Shown piece after piece: positions 12,597 to 25,697 of a stretch of 64,000 nucleotides of DNA. The translations under genes and the position numbers were made by a program. This DNA is from Octopus vulgaris (taxonomy: Eukaryota). Position 1 is the stretch's first letter. Each line of letters opens with the position of its first letter. The stretch covers positions 2,356,001 to 2,420,000 of the forward strand of contig OX597841.1 in NCBI GenBank assembly GCA_951406725.2. The letters are read 5' to 3'. The notes below the pieces were generated by a model that was not told the DNA's origin, did no database searches, and was given only the letters and a program-made list of their open reading frames with translations.

Positions 12597-14587
12597 AAAC
12601 ATTGTGTACAGTGCTCAGGTGCACTACAACTCATCTAAATTGTATGTATAGTACATTGGGTAATGTACAAGCGTCAGGAAAAGAACAGTGTATGAGTCAT
12701 GACATACACATATGTGTATGAGTATAGAAGTGGGGCAATCAGGTGTAGTTTCGGCAGATTTCGGAAAGCATGAGGGCCTTAAAAGATGCAGTGTCATGGC
12801 AGTCAACAACTGACGCAGGCAGTTTGTTCCATGCTTCAGCAACTCTGCGCGTGAAAAGATGTTTGCGAAAGTCATGGGAGCTGTGCTGCTTTCTGACTTT
12901 GTAGGCATGTCCACGTGTGTTGGACACATGGAGAACAAAAAGGTGTTCAGTGTTGTTGTTGGTGAGGTGGTTGATAACTTTGTGGGTGTTTACCAAGTCC
13001 ATCGCCAGACGCCGGAGCTTCAGTGAATCCATGCCCAGGGAAACAAGGCGCTCTGAGAAAAACGTCAGACGTATAAAATATTCTAAAAACTTCTTGGTAT
13101 TATTTGAATGAATAGTCTGTGTCCCTCAGTAGATTGTCCTGCAGGGACTTCCAGTTGTCCAATATGCTATACATCTCTATTTTAAATGCTTCAAATAGAA
13201 TTTCACAAAATTTCTTATTGTTTTTGAATTTATATATTATCATTTTCTGGAATGACCTATTTCTCGGAAACCTTCTAGCTCTAAGTTTCAAATCACAAAC
13301 CACTAACCTATGTTGAGTTGTACATTCATCACCATGGAAAGACTTCACATTCACAAGTATCTATCTCATTTTCAAGTAAGAATGAAGTCAATCCAGTAAG
13401 AATCAAGTCATATCAATCAAGGCCATCTCCTTGAAGAAATTAGTGACTTGTCTGCTTTCCTACATGCTAGTACTATGGGTTTTGCTAAATTAAATCTAAG
13501 GCCCTCGAATTGCAGACGCTGCATCCACACCTTATATTTATTCTCTAACTCGTGTAGAAATTCTGCTATAATAACAAGGTTATCATCATAGTGGAGCTCT
13601 CAAGGGCATCTAGTCTTAAATTCCTCTGCTATGGCTAGAAGGTCTATGATAAATAAGAGGGGAGTGAGAATTGATCCTTTGGGAACCCTACTTGCTTACT
13701 AAATTCATTGCTACACACATTACCAACTTTCATCTTACTGACAGCATCCCTGTACACAGTTTGTATGGCTCACACCAACAACTCTATTCCTAGCTTCTGC
13801 ATTAACCACTGAATAAGGAAGTGGGGGAACCTGTCAAAGGCTTTCTCAATGTCAAGTATAGAGGTTTAATTTTTACTAAATTCTTCTCAGTACTCATCTT
13901 ACAAAGAAGAAAACATCAGTAGTGCTTCTACATAACACAAAGCCAAACTGCATCTATTTCTCTCTCTTCCTAATTAGCTGAGCTATGAGCCTCACAAAAA
14001 GAGGGGGGCGTCAAGAACGGTCAGAATCTCATACAAAAAATTTCATTTCTTAATTTTAGTAAGGTAATTGTAGTCTAGACCCTCAAACACTTATCTCTGC
14101 AAAATTTAATTTAAACAACGATAAGTAGGTTATGAGTAGACAGTCTGTTGTGAGGCACTAAACTATTGTTATGAGGAATATTCTTCTATTGTGGTTTCTT
14201 CCATTTTGTACAGGAGGTCATTGTTTATGTATATATTTGACAACTTTACTGCATCCGTGTTTGAAAAAGCCATGACTTATGCTACCATTAACATATTTGA
14301 GAAGCGTTTAAAGCTAATAAAAAACAAATAAATATATAGTAAATTGGGGAAGTGGTATTCAACAAAGAACAATGTGTAGGGTTGAAGGAGGAGAAGTTTC
14401 AGTATAGGGGTCCCTACATCATGGGAAATGAAAAGAGCATGGAAGTGAGGCTTGTGTGAAAAGGTATGAAAGACAAAATAAAAAAACTGGAATTTTGGGA
14501 AATTCTTTATTTTCAGAATTGTAATTTCCATTACATGAAAACCAGAAATATTAAGAAAAAGAAGTCAACAGAAGAAACAATTAGAAA

Positions 14588-16822
14588 TTAGTCTTTTCCT
14601 TTCTCTTCTCTCTGAATACATTTGTGTGCAGTTAAATTACTACATTTAGTGAATGATTTACCACAGACATTACAATAATATGGCTTCTCTCCTGTATGAG
14701 TACGTTTGTGTGAATTTAGGCTATAACTTTGAGAGAATGATTTACCACAGATATCACAGTGATATGGTCTCTCTCCTGAATGAAGACGTCTGTGTTTAGT
14801 TAAGTCACTATTTTGTGAGAATGATTTACCACAGATATCACAGTGATACGGTCTTTCGCCTGAATGAAGACGTCTGTGTTTAGTTAAGTCACTATTATCA
14901 GGGAATGATTTACCACAGATATCACAATGATATGGTCTCTCTCCTGAATGAATACGTCTGTGTCTAATTAAGCTGCTATTTACAGAGAATGATTTACCAC
15001 AGATATCACAATGATAAGGTTTCTCTCCTGTATGAATACGCTTGTGGGCAGTTAAGGAACTATTTTGGGAAAAGGATTTACCACAAATATCACAATATGA
15101 CTTCTCTCCTGTATGAATACGTATGTGTGCAGTTAAGTTACTACTTTCAGAGAATGATTTACCACAGATATCACAATGGTATAGCTTCCCTCCGGTATGA
15201 ATACGCTTATGTGAAGTTAATTTACTACTTTCAATGAATGATTTGCCGCAGATATCACAATGATGTGGCTTTTCTCCTGTATGAGTACGCTTGTGTCTAG
15301 TTACGTTATGATTGCGGATGAAAGATTTACCACAGATATCACAATGATATGGCTTCTCTCCTGAATGAATACGTTTATGTCTAGTTACGTCATTATTGCG
15401 GATGAAAGATTTACCACAGATATCACAGTGATATGGCTTCTCTCCTGTATGAATACGCCTGTGTGCAGTTAATTTACCATTTTCAAAGAAAGATTTACCA
15501 CAGATGTCACAGTAAAATGGCTTCTCCCCTGTATGGATACGCTTGTGTGTAGTTAAGCTACTGGCTGAAAAGAATGATTTACCACAGATATCACAATGAT
15601 ATGGCTTCTCCCCAGTATGAATACGAATGTGCTTATTTAAGTCAGAATTTTGAGAAAATGATTTGTCACAGACATTACAGTGATATGGCTTCTCTCCTGT
15701 ATGAATACGTATGTGTATTGTTAGGGCAGTACTTCCAAAGAAAGATTTACCACAGATATCACAGTGATATGGCTTCTCTCCTGTATGAATACGTTTATGT
15801 CTAGTCATGTCATTACTACGGATGAAAGATTTACCACAGATATCACAGTGATATGGCTTCTCTCCTGTATGAATACGTTTATGTTTAGTTAAATCACCAT
15901 TTTCAATGAAAGATTTACCACAGATATCACAGTGATGTGGCTTCTCTCCTGTATGAATAAGTTTATGTCTAGTTACTTCATTATTGCGGATGAAAGACTT
16001 ACCACAGATATCACAGTGATATGGCTTCTCTCCTGTATGAATAAGTTTATGTCTAGTTAAGTCATGATTGCGGATGAAAGATTTACCACAGATATCACAA
16101 TGATATGGCTTCTCTCCTGTATGAATACGTTTGTGTTTAGATAAGCCACTATTATCAGGGAATGATTTACCACAGATATCACAATGATAAGGTTTCTCTC
16201 CTGTATGAATACACTTGTGGGTAGTTAAGGAACTATTTTGGGAAAAGGATTTACCACAAATATCACAATATGACTTCTCTCCTGTATGAATACATATGTG
16301 TGCAGTTAAGTTACTACTTTCAGAGAATGATTTACCACAGATATCACAATGGTATAGCTTCCCTCCCGTATGAATACGCTTATGTGAAGTTAATTTACTA
16401 CTTTCAATAAATGATTTGCCGCAGATATCACAATGATGTGGCTTTTCTCCTGTATGAGTACGCGTGTGTGCAGTTAACTGACTATTTTGAGAGAAGGCTT
16501 TACCACAGATATCACAATGATATGGCTTTTCTCCTGTATGAGTACGCTTGTGTGATGTCAAAGAATTACATTGAGAGAAGGCTTTACCACAAATATCACA
16601 GTGATATGGCTTTTCTCCTGTATGAGTACGCTTGTGTCTAGTTACGTCATGATTGCGGATGAAAGATTTACCACAGATATCACAGTGATATGGCTTTTCC
16701 CCTGTATGGATACGTTTGTGAGTAATTAATTTACTATTATCAGGGAATGATTTACCACAGACATCACAGTGATATGGCTTTTCCACTGTGTCTATTTCTG
16801 TAATTTTCTCACTCTTTTCCAT
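14588..16822 (-). CDS. Tandem C2H2 zinc-finger protein (about 26 fingers, last one lacks the final His)
   Basis: ORF 14588..16837; ATG MEKSEK at 16822; regular 28-aa finger repeats. Confidence 0.93.
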   Translation of the reverse strand: MEKSEKITEIDTVEKPYHCDVCGKSFPDNSKLITHKRIHTGEKPYHCDICGKSFIRNHDVTRHKRTHTGEKPYHCDICGKAFSQCNSLTSHKRTHTGEKPYHCDICGKAFSQNSQLTAHTRTHTGEKPHHCDICGKSFIESSKLTSHKRIHTGGKLYHCDICGKSFSESSNLTAHICIHTGEKSYCDICGKSFSQNSSLTTHKCIHTGEKPYHCDICGKSFPDNSGLSKHKRIHTGEKPYHCDICGKSFIRNHDLTRHKLIHTGEKPYHCDICGKSFIRNNEVTRHKLIHTGEKPHHCDICGKSFIENGDLTKHKRIHTGEKPYHCDICGKSFIRSNDMTRHKRIHTGEKPYHCDICGKSFFGSTALTIHIRIHTGEKPYHCNVCDKSFSQNSDLNKHIRIHTGEKPYHCDICGKSFFSASSLTTHKRIHTGEKPFYCDICGKSFFENGKLTAHRRIHTGEKPYHCDICGKSFIRNNDVTRHKRIHSGEKPYHCDICGKSFIRNHNVTRHKRTHTGEKPHHCDICGKSFIESSKLTSHKRIHTGGKLYHCDICGKSFSESSNLTAHIRIHTGEKSYCDICGKSFSQNSSLTAHKRIHTGEKPYHCDICGKSFSVNSSLIRHRRIHSGERPYHCDICGKSFPDNSDLTKHRRLHSGERPYHCDICGKSFSQNSDLTKHRRLHSGERPYHCDICGKSFSQSYSLNSHKRTHTGEKPYYCNVCGKSFTKCSNLTAHKCIQREEKGKD

Positions 16823-17407
16823 TATTATTTTTCTCAAATCACAATGTAAATATACTTTTCTTGTTTTTCTTCTTATCGTTTATTCTCACAAATACTTCCA
16901 CTCCTGATTTTCTGTCCATTGTTTCCCTGCTCTAATAACATCTATGTAAATGTATCCAAGCACACAAACTCATCTTCTTGGCACTGCCGACAGTGATGTG
17001 CAAAACTTTGGCTAATCATATCAGATTAGAACAAATATTTCACAGCATATATATAGAAAGTGTTATAGAATTTGTATATAATTTTCTTTCAGTTTCAAAA
17101 GATGATAAATACTGAGAATATATCTTCTGTTATTCCAATGTCATCCGATATTCTGAAATAATAAAGAAACAACAGTGTAAGATAAAGAAGCTGCTTTCAA
17201 AATACAGATTCAACTGTGGAAAATTGACAACATTTCTACAGAGATAAACTTTAGAAATAAGCATTTACCCGAACAACTGAACTTTTTAATGTATAAAAAT
17301 TTACATCACAGAATCTTGTGTGTAGCTTACATATTTGTAAACAACAGCTACACCTTCACATTGTGTAATATTATTTAGATTAAACTGCAGAATAGCAGGT
17401 AATAACA

Positions 17408-17816
17408 TCCATAGCTAGAAATAGCAGCCAAATCTCGCACAAATCATAAACATCTCACTTCCATAGCTAGAAATAGCAGCCAAATCTCGCACAAATCATG
17501 GACATCTCTTTTCCATAGCTAGAAATAGCAGCCAAATCATAGACATCTCTCTTCCATAGCTAGAAATAGCAGCCAAATCTTGCATAAATCCTGGACATCT
17601 CTCTTCCATAGCTAGAAATAACAGCCAAATCTTGCATAAATCCTGGACATCTCTCTTCCATAGCTAGAAATAGCAGCCAAATCTTGCATAAATCATCGAC
17701 CTCTCTTCCATAGCTAGAAATAGCAGCCAAATCTTGCATAAATCATGGACATCTCTCTTCCATAGCTAGAAATAGCAGCCAAATCTTGCATAAATCATGG
17801 ACATCTCTCTTCCATA
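17408..17816. repeat. 52-bp minisatellite, about 8 units, intron 1 of the 26-finger gene
   Basis: Same core and spacing. Confidence 0.95.
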
Positions 17817-18013
17817 AAAGACAGAAGAGACACAAAGAATCAAACATGTCAGAAACCGAACGTCTCATATATTTAAGATAAAAGATTGAATACTTACGTG
17901 AATGCTTGATGTGGACAGCGTTACTATAAACGGTGTTTATGTTGGTTGAGAAAGGAATTAAAAGATGAAGAAGAGAAATTCAGGCGAAGGACATTTCTCA
18001 TCCGATGCCAAGA

Positions 18014-18041
18014 AACGGAGGTACGAGTATTGCGCATGCGT
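18014..18041 (-). promoter_or_regulatory. Putative promoter of the 26-finger gene (NRF1-like TGCGCATGCG)
   Basis: Motif at 18031-18040; GTAAGT donor at 17897; acceptor at 17153. Confidence 0.6.
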
Positions 18042-19676
18042 ATTCTTTCGTATATAATACTTTGAGCGGATAAGACTTGTTATCTCCCTTTACGTCTTGT
18101 GATTGAAAGTATTTCTCTGTATTTATTGCATCTGATTAAATGGTAAATTGGGGATCGATAGGGATTTTGGGAAATATCCAAATGTAATTTCTACTTTACT
18201 TCTTATTTGAGAGGAGCATCCAAAAAGTAACATTTTGCTACCACAGTTATGAAATTTGGATGAATATTTTGAGGAGGAATATGACAATGTGAATGGTCGA
18301 CAAATATGTCGAAAATTTTCCTAATTTGACTAAATAATTAAGTAGCTAGTATTCTTTCGGTATGACTCGACAGAATTAGAACACTTCAGTTCGGCTGTTT
18401 CCGTGAAAGCGTGTGTCTGTGTCTGTGTCTTGTCAACTGTCAGTTGGAAAATGGGAGGAGGAGGAGAAGAGCTTGTTCTTGTCGTTATGTCTATATTCCG
18501 CAACACATAAAAGGAGAACAGGCACACACAGAGGCAAGAACAAGCAAGCACGTATCTTTTCCTTTTGAACGGCAGTTTTCAACACAATTTCTAGTTAACT
18601 AAACACTTTTAAACTTCGTATACTGGTAGAATGTGTCAAAATAGAAACTTTTTGGATCTTTTCATTTTGAAAGCCAGATTTTTCTGGCTTTCAATCCTTG
18701 TACTTATAGCGGAATTTCTACACGAATTAGAGAATGAATATAAGGTGTGGATGCAGCGTCTGCAATTCGAGGGCCTTAGACTTACTTTAGCAAAACCCAT
18801 AGTACTAGCATGTAGGAAAGCAGACAAGTCACTAATTGCTTCAAGGAGATGGCCTTGATTGATATGACTTGATTCTTACTTGATTGACTTCATTCTTACT
18901 TGAAAATGAGATAGATACTTGTGAATGTGAAGTCTTTCCATGGTGATGAATGTACAACTCAACATAGGTTAGTGGTTTGTGATTTCAAACTTAGAGCTAG
19001 AAGCCGAGAAATAGGTCATTCCAGAAAACGACAATATATAAATTCTAACACTCAACAAAAACAGTAAGAAATTTTGTGAAATTCTATTTGAAGCATTTAA
19101 AATAGAGATGTATAGCATATTGGACAACTGGAAGTCCCTGCAGGACAATCTACTGAGGGACACAGACTGTTCATTCAAGAAGTTTTTAGAATATTTTATA
19201 CGTCTGACGTTTTTCGCAGAGCGCCTTGTTTCCCTTGGCATGGATTCACTGAAGCTCCGGCGTCTGGCGATGGACTTGGTAAACACCCACAAAGTTATCA
19301 ACAACCTCACCAACAACAACACTCAACACCTTTTTGATCTCCATGTGTCCAACACACGTGGACATGCCTACAAAGTCAGGAAGCAGCACAGCTCCCATGA
19401 CTTTCGCAAACATTTTTTCACGCGCAGAGTTGCTGAAGCATGGAACAAACTGCCTGCGTCAGTTGTTGACTGCCATGACACTACATCCTTTAAGGCCCTC
19501 ATGCTTTCCGAAATCTGCCGAAACTACACCTGATTGCCCCACTTCTATACTCATACACATATGTGTATGTCATGACTCATGCACTGTTCTTTTCCTGACG
19601 CTTGTACATTACCCTATGTACTATACATACACTTTAGATGAGTTGTAGTGCACCTGAGCACTGTACACAATGTTTT

Positions 19677-19711
19677 TATTATTATTATTATTTTCATTAT
19701 TATTATTATTA

Positions 19712-19790
<79 letters not shown>
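19677..19790. repeat. (ATT)n microsatellite, copy C
   Basis: Direct reading. Confidence 0.98.
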
Positions 19791-19861
19791 CTACCAAAGT
19801 TGAGGACCCCTGGAACAGAAAGATAGTAACAAGAGTTATCTACCGTGGTTTCTGTAAAACC

Positions 19862-19896
19862 CACGCGTGCGCACGAGATATATTTCCGTTTCCGTC
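19862..19896 (+). promoter_or_regulatory. Putative core promoter of ZNF copy C
   Basis: CGCGTGCGCA plus TTCCG x2; GTGAGT donor at 19998; TTTCAG acceptor ending 21304. Confidence 0.6.
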
Positions 19897-20070
19897 TTGA
19901 CGTTAATTGAATTGTTGGTTGAATGAATTTCTATTCCTAAACTTTTAATACATTTCTCATCTATTACAAATGCACTTATAACAACGTTATCCCTCCCGTG
20001 AGTATTTCATCAGTAGACGTTCAGTATTTGACTTTTCGATTGGTTGTGTTTCTCCAATTTTTTATGTATC

Positions 20071-20695
20071 AGAGATGTCTATGAATTGTGCAAGATTTGG
20101 CTGCGATTTCTAGCTATGGAAGAGAGTTATCTATGATTTAAACGAGATCTGGTTGCTGTTTCTAGTTATGGAAGAGAAATCACTATGTTTCGTGCCAGAT
20201 TTGGCTGCTATTTCTAGCAATGGAAGAGAAATGTCTATGATTAGTGCGATATCTGGCTGCTATTTCTAGCTATGGATGAGAGATTTCTATTATTTGTGCA
20301 AGATTTGGCTGCTATTTCTAGCTATGGAAGAGAAATGTCTATGATTAGTGCGATATCTGGCTGCTATTTCTAGCTATGGATGAGAGATGTCCATTATTTT
20401 GTGCGATATCTGGTTGCTATTTCTATCTATAGATGAGAGATGTCTATTATTTGTGCAAGATTTTGGCTGCTATTTCTAGCTATGGAAGAGAAATGTCTAT
20501 GATTAGTGCGATATCTGGCTGCTATTTCTAGCTATAGATGAGAGATGTCTATCATTTGTGCAAGATTTGGCTGCTATTTCTAGCTATGGAAGAGAAATGT
20601 CTATGATTAGTGCGATATCTGGCTGCTATTTCTAGCTATGGATGAGAGATGTCTATTATTTGTGAGAGATTTGGCTGCTATTTCTAGCTATGGAA
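20071..20695. repeat. 52-bp minisatellite, about 12 units, opposite orientation, intron 1 of ZNF copy C
   Basis: TGGCTGCTATTTCTAGCTATG recurring; alternating two unit types. Confidence 0.95.
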
Positions 20696-21700
20696 GCTAC
20701 ATCCTCCATCGTTGCCGTGTTTGTCGTGGTTTGAGAAATATTCTCAAATACACCCCAACCGCTGAAATGTTGAGAAACCAATACTTTATTATTATTATTT
20801 ATCGAATGTTTCTTGATATAACTACCGATGTGTGCTCAATCAACTAGCAATTTGATTCGTCACAACTTCGTGAAAAATGGATATTTTTGGTAATGAAATT
20901 TTCTAGAAATACTTTTCAGACAATGTGGATTACGAATATGTTGGAATTAGTTGTGAAAAAAATATAGTTGGGATAAAGGGTTAGATGTTTTATGTCTTCG
21001 ACTTTGTTTCCTCATATATTTTAACGACACAACTGCTCCCCACATCTGTCTTGTTATGAGGTGATGCAGATCAATCACAGGGAATATTGTGTGTCGCATG
21101 TATCTACGTACAACTCTTTATCTGTCTACCTCTGTCTCTTATGCTTTTCTCTTTGCGAGCTTTCACCTTCTATATATTTACCACATTCTCTCTCACTCTT
21201 TCTCTCTATATGTATATCTCTCGTGCTGGTATTTGTATATGTACTGAATCTGTAATTTTTAAGTAGTTTCTGTGTCTTACACTGTTGTTTCTTTATTATT
21301 TCAGAATATCAGATGACGTTGGGATAAGTGAAGATACATTCTCAATATTTATCGTGTTTTGAAGACAAAGAAAATGCTATTGAAAGCAGATATATAATAC
21401 GATTTCTGTAAAGTTATCATGGCATTCCAGTGCAATATATGCTCTGTTATTATTATCAAACGTTCCTTGCATTTCTGACTACAGTGTCAACAAAACGAAT
21501 TTGTGTGCAAATTAAACTTGGATAAATTGAGAAAAAAGTTCTGAGACAAAGGTAACATTGGACAGAAATACAGTGATTGAAATATTGGCAAGGTATAACC
21601 TATAAGAACAAAATAAAAAATATATGTTTGCGTATATATATTTATATATTTATCGTCATCATCATTATTATTATTATATATTGATTTGAAAAGAAAAATT

Positions 21701-23023
21701 ATGGATAAAAGCGAGAAACATACCGAATTGATTTTACCTGAAGACATGATAAAAGAGATAAGTAAATTATCCTATGACTGTGATATCTGTGAAAAGACAT
21801 TCTCTCTAAAAGGTAACTTGACTAAACACAAACGTATTCATACAGGAGAGAAGCCATATCATTGTGATATCTGTGGTAAATCTTTCTCTGGGAGTACTGC
21901 CCTAACAATACACATACGTATTCATACAGGAGAGAAACCATATCGCTGTAATATCTGTGACAAATCATTTTCTCAAAATATTGACTTAAATAAGCACATT
22001 CGTATTCATACTGGGGAGAAGCCATATCATTGTGATATCTGTGGTAAATCATTCTCTCAAAGTGCTGTCTTAACTACACACAAGCGTGTTCATACGGGAG
22101 AGAAGCCATATCACTGTGATATCTGTGGTAAATCATTCTCTCGAAGTTATCACTTGACTTCTCACAAACGTATTCATTCAGGAGAGAAGCCCTATTGTTG
22201 TGATATCTGTGGTAATTCATTCTCTGAAAGTAGTGTCTTAACTAAACACAAGCGTATTCATACAGCAGAGAAGCCATATCATTGTGATATCTGTGATAAA
22301 TCATTCTCTGTAAGTAGTTACTTACGTAAACATAAGCATATTCATACAGGAGAGAAGCCATTTCACTGTGATGTCTGTGACAAATCATTCTCTGCAAATA
22401 GTGACTTAACAAGACACAAATTTGTTCATACAGGAGAGAAACCATATCATTGTGATGTCTGTGGTAAATCATTCTCTGTAAGTAGTTACTTGGCTGAGCA
22501 CAAAAGTTTTCATACAGGGGAAAGGCAATATCTCTGTGATATCTGTGGTAAATCATTCTCCAAATTTGGTACATTAACTAGACACATTCGTAGTCATACA
22601 GGAGAGAAACCATTTCATTGTAATATTTGTAGTAAATCATTCTCTGGAAGTAGCGACTTTACTAAACATAAACGTATTCATTCAGGCGAAAAGCCATTTC
22701 ACTGTGATATTTGTGATAAATCATTCTCGCAAAGTTATAACTTGACTTCTCACAAACGTATTCATACAGGAGAGAAGCCACATCACTGTGATATCTGTGG
22801 TAAATCATTCTCTGCAAGTAGTAACTTAATTTCTCACAAACGTATCCATACAGGTGAAAAGCCATATGCCTGTGATATCTGTAGCAAATCATTCTCTCAA
22901 AGTAGTGACTTAACTAAACACAAACGTATTCATATGGGAGAGAAGGCATATCACTGTGACATTTGTGGTAAATCTTTCTCTGAAAGTCATAAGTTACATA
23001 AACATACATCTACACATATGTAA
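21701..23023 (+). CDS. Tandem C2H2 zinc-finger protein (15 fingers), inverted duplicate copy C
   Basis: Finger ORF with ATG MDKSEKH at 21701; N- and C-termini match copy B. Confidence 0.92.
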   Translation: MDKSEKHTELILPEDMIKEISKLSYDCDICEKTFSLKGNLTKHKRIHTGEKPYHCDICGKSFSGSTALTIHIRIHTGEKPYRCNICDKSFSQNIDLNKHIRIHTGEKPYHCDICGKSFSQSAVLTTHKRVHTGEKPYHCDICGKSFSRSYHLTSHKRIHSGEKPYCCDICGNSFSESSVLTKHKRIHTAEKPYHCDICDKSFSVSSYLRKHKHIHTGEKPFHCDVCDKSFSANSDLTRHKFVHTGEKPYHCDVCGKSFSVSSYLAEHKSFHTGERQYLCDICGKSFSKFGTLTRHIRSHTGEKPFHCNICSKSFSGSSDFTKHKRIHSGEKPFHCDICDKSFSQSYNLTSHKRIHTGEKPHHCDICGKSFSASSNLISHKRIHTGEKPYACDICSKSFSQSSDLTKHKRIHMGEKAYHCDICGKSFSESHKLHKHTSTHM

Positions 23024-23410
23024 GTGCAACTATATCAATGTCAAAACTTATAACAACAATAACAAACATTTTAGGCATCATCTGATGTAAGGGTAACCTT
23101 GTGCATTTTGCTATACAAGTAACTAATCCACTAGATATATCACCCACTTTTTAGGTTTGACACTTACTGATGCCAACCCCTTTACTTACCTCTTACTGTA
23201 TGCCAGAATATGGTTTACTTTAAAAATTTGTTTTATGGAAAACAAAAATGGAAACATCTATAACTGCAAATGTTTTTATATAAGGAAGAAGTTTTATAAC
23301 AACCTACCAACACTATAGTTTTTATCTCTACAGCTATATCTCTATTGATGAGATAGTTTACCTCTGTGATATTTTTAATAAAAGTAATTTCTCCCAAACT
23401 TTGAATATGT

Positions 23411-23845
23411 TACTCTTTACTCTTTTACTTGTTTCAGTCATTTGACTGCTGCCATGCTGGAGCACCGCCTTTAGTCGAGCAAATCGATCCCGGGACTTAT
23501 TCTTTGTAAGCCCAGTACTTATTCTATTGGTTTCCTTTTGCCGAAGTGCTAAGTGACGGGGACGTAAACACCAGCATCGGTTGTCAAGCAATGCTAGTGG
23601 GATAAACACAGACACACAAACATACACACACACATACATATATATATATATATTTATATATTTATATATACACACATATATACGACAGGCTTTTTTCAGT
23701 TTCCGTCTACCAAATCCACTCACAAGGCATTGGTTGGCCTGAGGCTATAGCAGAAGACACTTGCCCAAGATGCCACGCAGTGGGACTGAACCTGGAACCA
23801 TGTGGTTGGTTAGCAAGCTACTTACCACACAGCCACTCCTGCGCC
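23411..23845 (-). mobile_element. SINE family A
   Basis: Reverse complement of 8062-8475. Confidence 0.85.
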
Positions 23846-24062
23846 TTGTTACAAGAATTTTTATGTGAAACTATTTTTTGAAACCAATCTGTTGTTTTCT
23901 CAATGTTAAATAAGAAAATATTTTCTGGGATCATAAGCATCAGTTACTGAGAAAAACAAGTGAAATATAGACAACCAACAACCAGTGAGTGAATGTATAG
24001 GTTTTACTCATCGTGACTCCTCATGAATGAATTTTTTTCAGAATATCCATATATATATATAT

Positions 24063-24440
24063 AGCTGTGATACCAGTGCCGGTGGCACGTAAAAAGCACC
24101 ATCCGATCATGGCCATTTGCCAGCTTCGCCTGGCCCCCGTGCTTGTGGCACGTAAAAAGCACCAATCCGATCGTGGCCATTTGCCAGCCTCGCCTGGCCC
24201 CTGTGCCGGTGGCACGTAAATAGCACCAATCCAATTGTGGCCATTGCCAGCCTCGCCTGGCACGTAAAAAGCACCCACTACACTCATGGAGTGGTTGGTG
24301 TTAGGAAGGGCATCCAGCTGTAGAAACATTGCCAGATCAGACTGGGCCTGTTGCAGCCTTCTTGCTTCCCAGACCCCAGTTGAACCATCCGACCCATGCT
24401 AGCATGGAAGGCGGACGTTAAACGAGGATGATGATGATGA
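24063..24440 (+). mobile_element. SINE family B
   Basis: Same 3' end and (GAT)n tail. Confidence 0.75.
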
Positions 24441-25269
24441 TATTTATTCCTTGTGAGTCTTTGTAGAAATGAGATGTTCTAGTCGAAGCATTTGATGGTG
24501 GAGGAGATAGAGATGTATAGCATATATGACAACTGGAAGTTCCTAGGGAACAATCTACTGAGGGGCTATAGACCAAATATGTGGCTGGTGCAAAGTCCCA
24601 GCCAGGGGGACATAGTGTTGGAACTGTGAGGTAGACGACAGTGTGATAAAATTAGAAAGGCTGGAAATATGGGGACAACAGAGAAATAGTAATTAAGTCA
24701 GTTTAATTAGTCGTACTAACCACTGGTTCCCTCATTGTTTTTTAAAGTATTCTACATGTGAGGTATCCCTGAATGCCTGCAATGTTTTTAAGGTTTGCTG
24801 ATTTTTGTCTATCAAATAGATTCACAAGACAGTAATTATCTCAGTTTAATTAATTTTGTAATCACTGATTTATTTGTAAATTCTGTTTTGGACATAACTA
24901 CAGTTTAGTGCCCCACCCATGACTTTGTTTCCTCATAGCTCTCTTTAAAACTGATCACATTTTTAAATGAAATTTCTGCAAAATCTTTGCAAAGGTATAG
25001 AATACATAGTGTTTTTATTTCACACAATTATTTTTTAAAAATTGTGAAAATCCAAAGTTATGGAAATTGATGATAACAAAACTGAGGTGGGGGTTGAGAA
25101 AGATTGGAAACTCCCTAGAAAAATGTTTTCCTAAATCTTTATGAAGATAATCATAATGTAAGTCCTCAAAAACTTATCTCCCCAAAGTTTAATTTTTAAA
25201 AATCTCATCTTTGTAAGATATACATTTTTCTGAAAGTTACGTACATTGATAACACTTCCAATCAGTTAA

Positions 25270-25697
25270 GATCAAAAACCAGGTAAAACAGTAGGATTTC
25301 ATCCATTTTTATGTTCTGAGTTCAAATTCCACCGAGGTCGACTTTGCCTTTCTACCTTTTGGGGTCCATGAAGTAAGTAACAGTTATGCACTAGGGATGA
25401 TGTAATCGACTGGCTCCCTCCCCCAAAACCCAAGGTCTTATGCTAATAACAGAAAGGATTATTATTATTATTTAGGCGGCAAGATGGAAGACACGTTAGC
25501 ATGCTGATTAAAATACTTGGTGGAATTTCGTTTGGCTTCATGTTCTGAGTTCAAATTTTGCTGAGGTTGACTTTGCCTTTATCCTTTCTGGTCAATAAAT
25601 CAAGTACCAGTTATGCACTGGGGTCAATGTAATTGACTAGTGCCCTCCCACCAAATCTCAGGCCTTGTGCCTTTAGTAAAAAGGATTATTATTATTT
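25270..25697 (+). mobile_element. Two tandem SINEs with box B-like GAGTTCAAAT and a Nin/Deu-like core
   Basis: GAGGTCGACTTTGCCTT...AGTACCAG motif twice, each ending AAGGATTATTATT; related piece at 26290-26430 (-). Confidence 0.6.

Larger units (their letters stand above)
6602..14530 (+). repeat. Segmental duplicate copy B (tandem unit, about 7.9 kb)
   Basis: Identity to copy A ends at GTAATTTCCA (6576/14530); left end matches the reverse complement of 25334. Confidence 0.93.
18696..25334 (-). repeat. Inverted segmental duplicate copy C (corresponds to about 6602-13580)
   Basis: Collinear reverse-complement identity across LINE fragment, promoter, ZNF gene and 3' flank. Confidence 0.93.
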
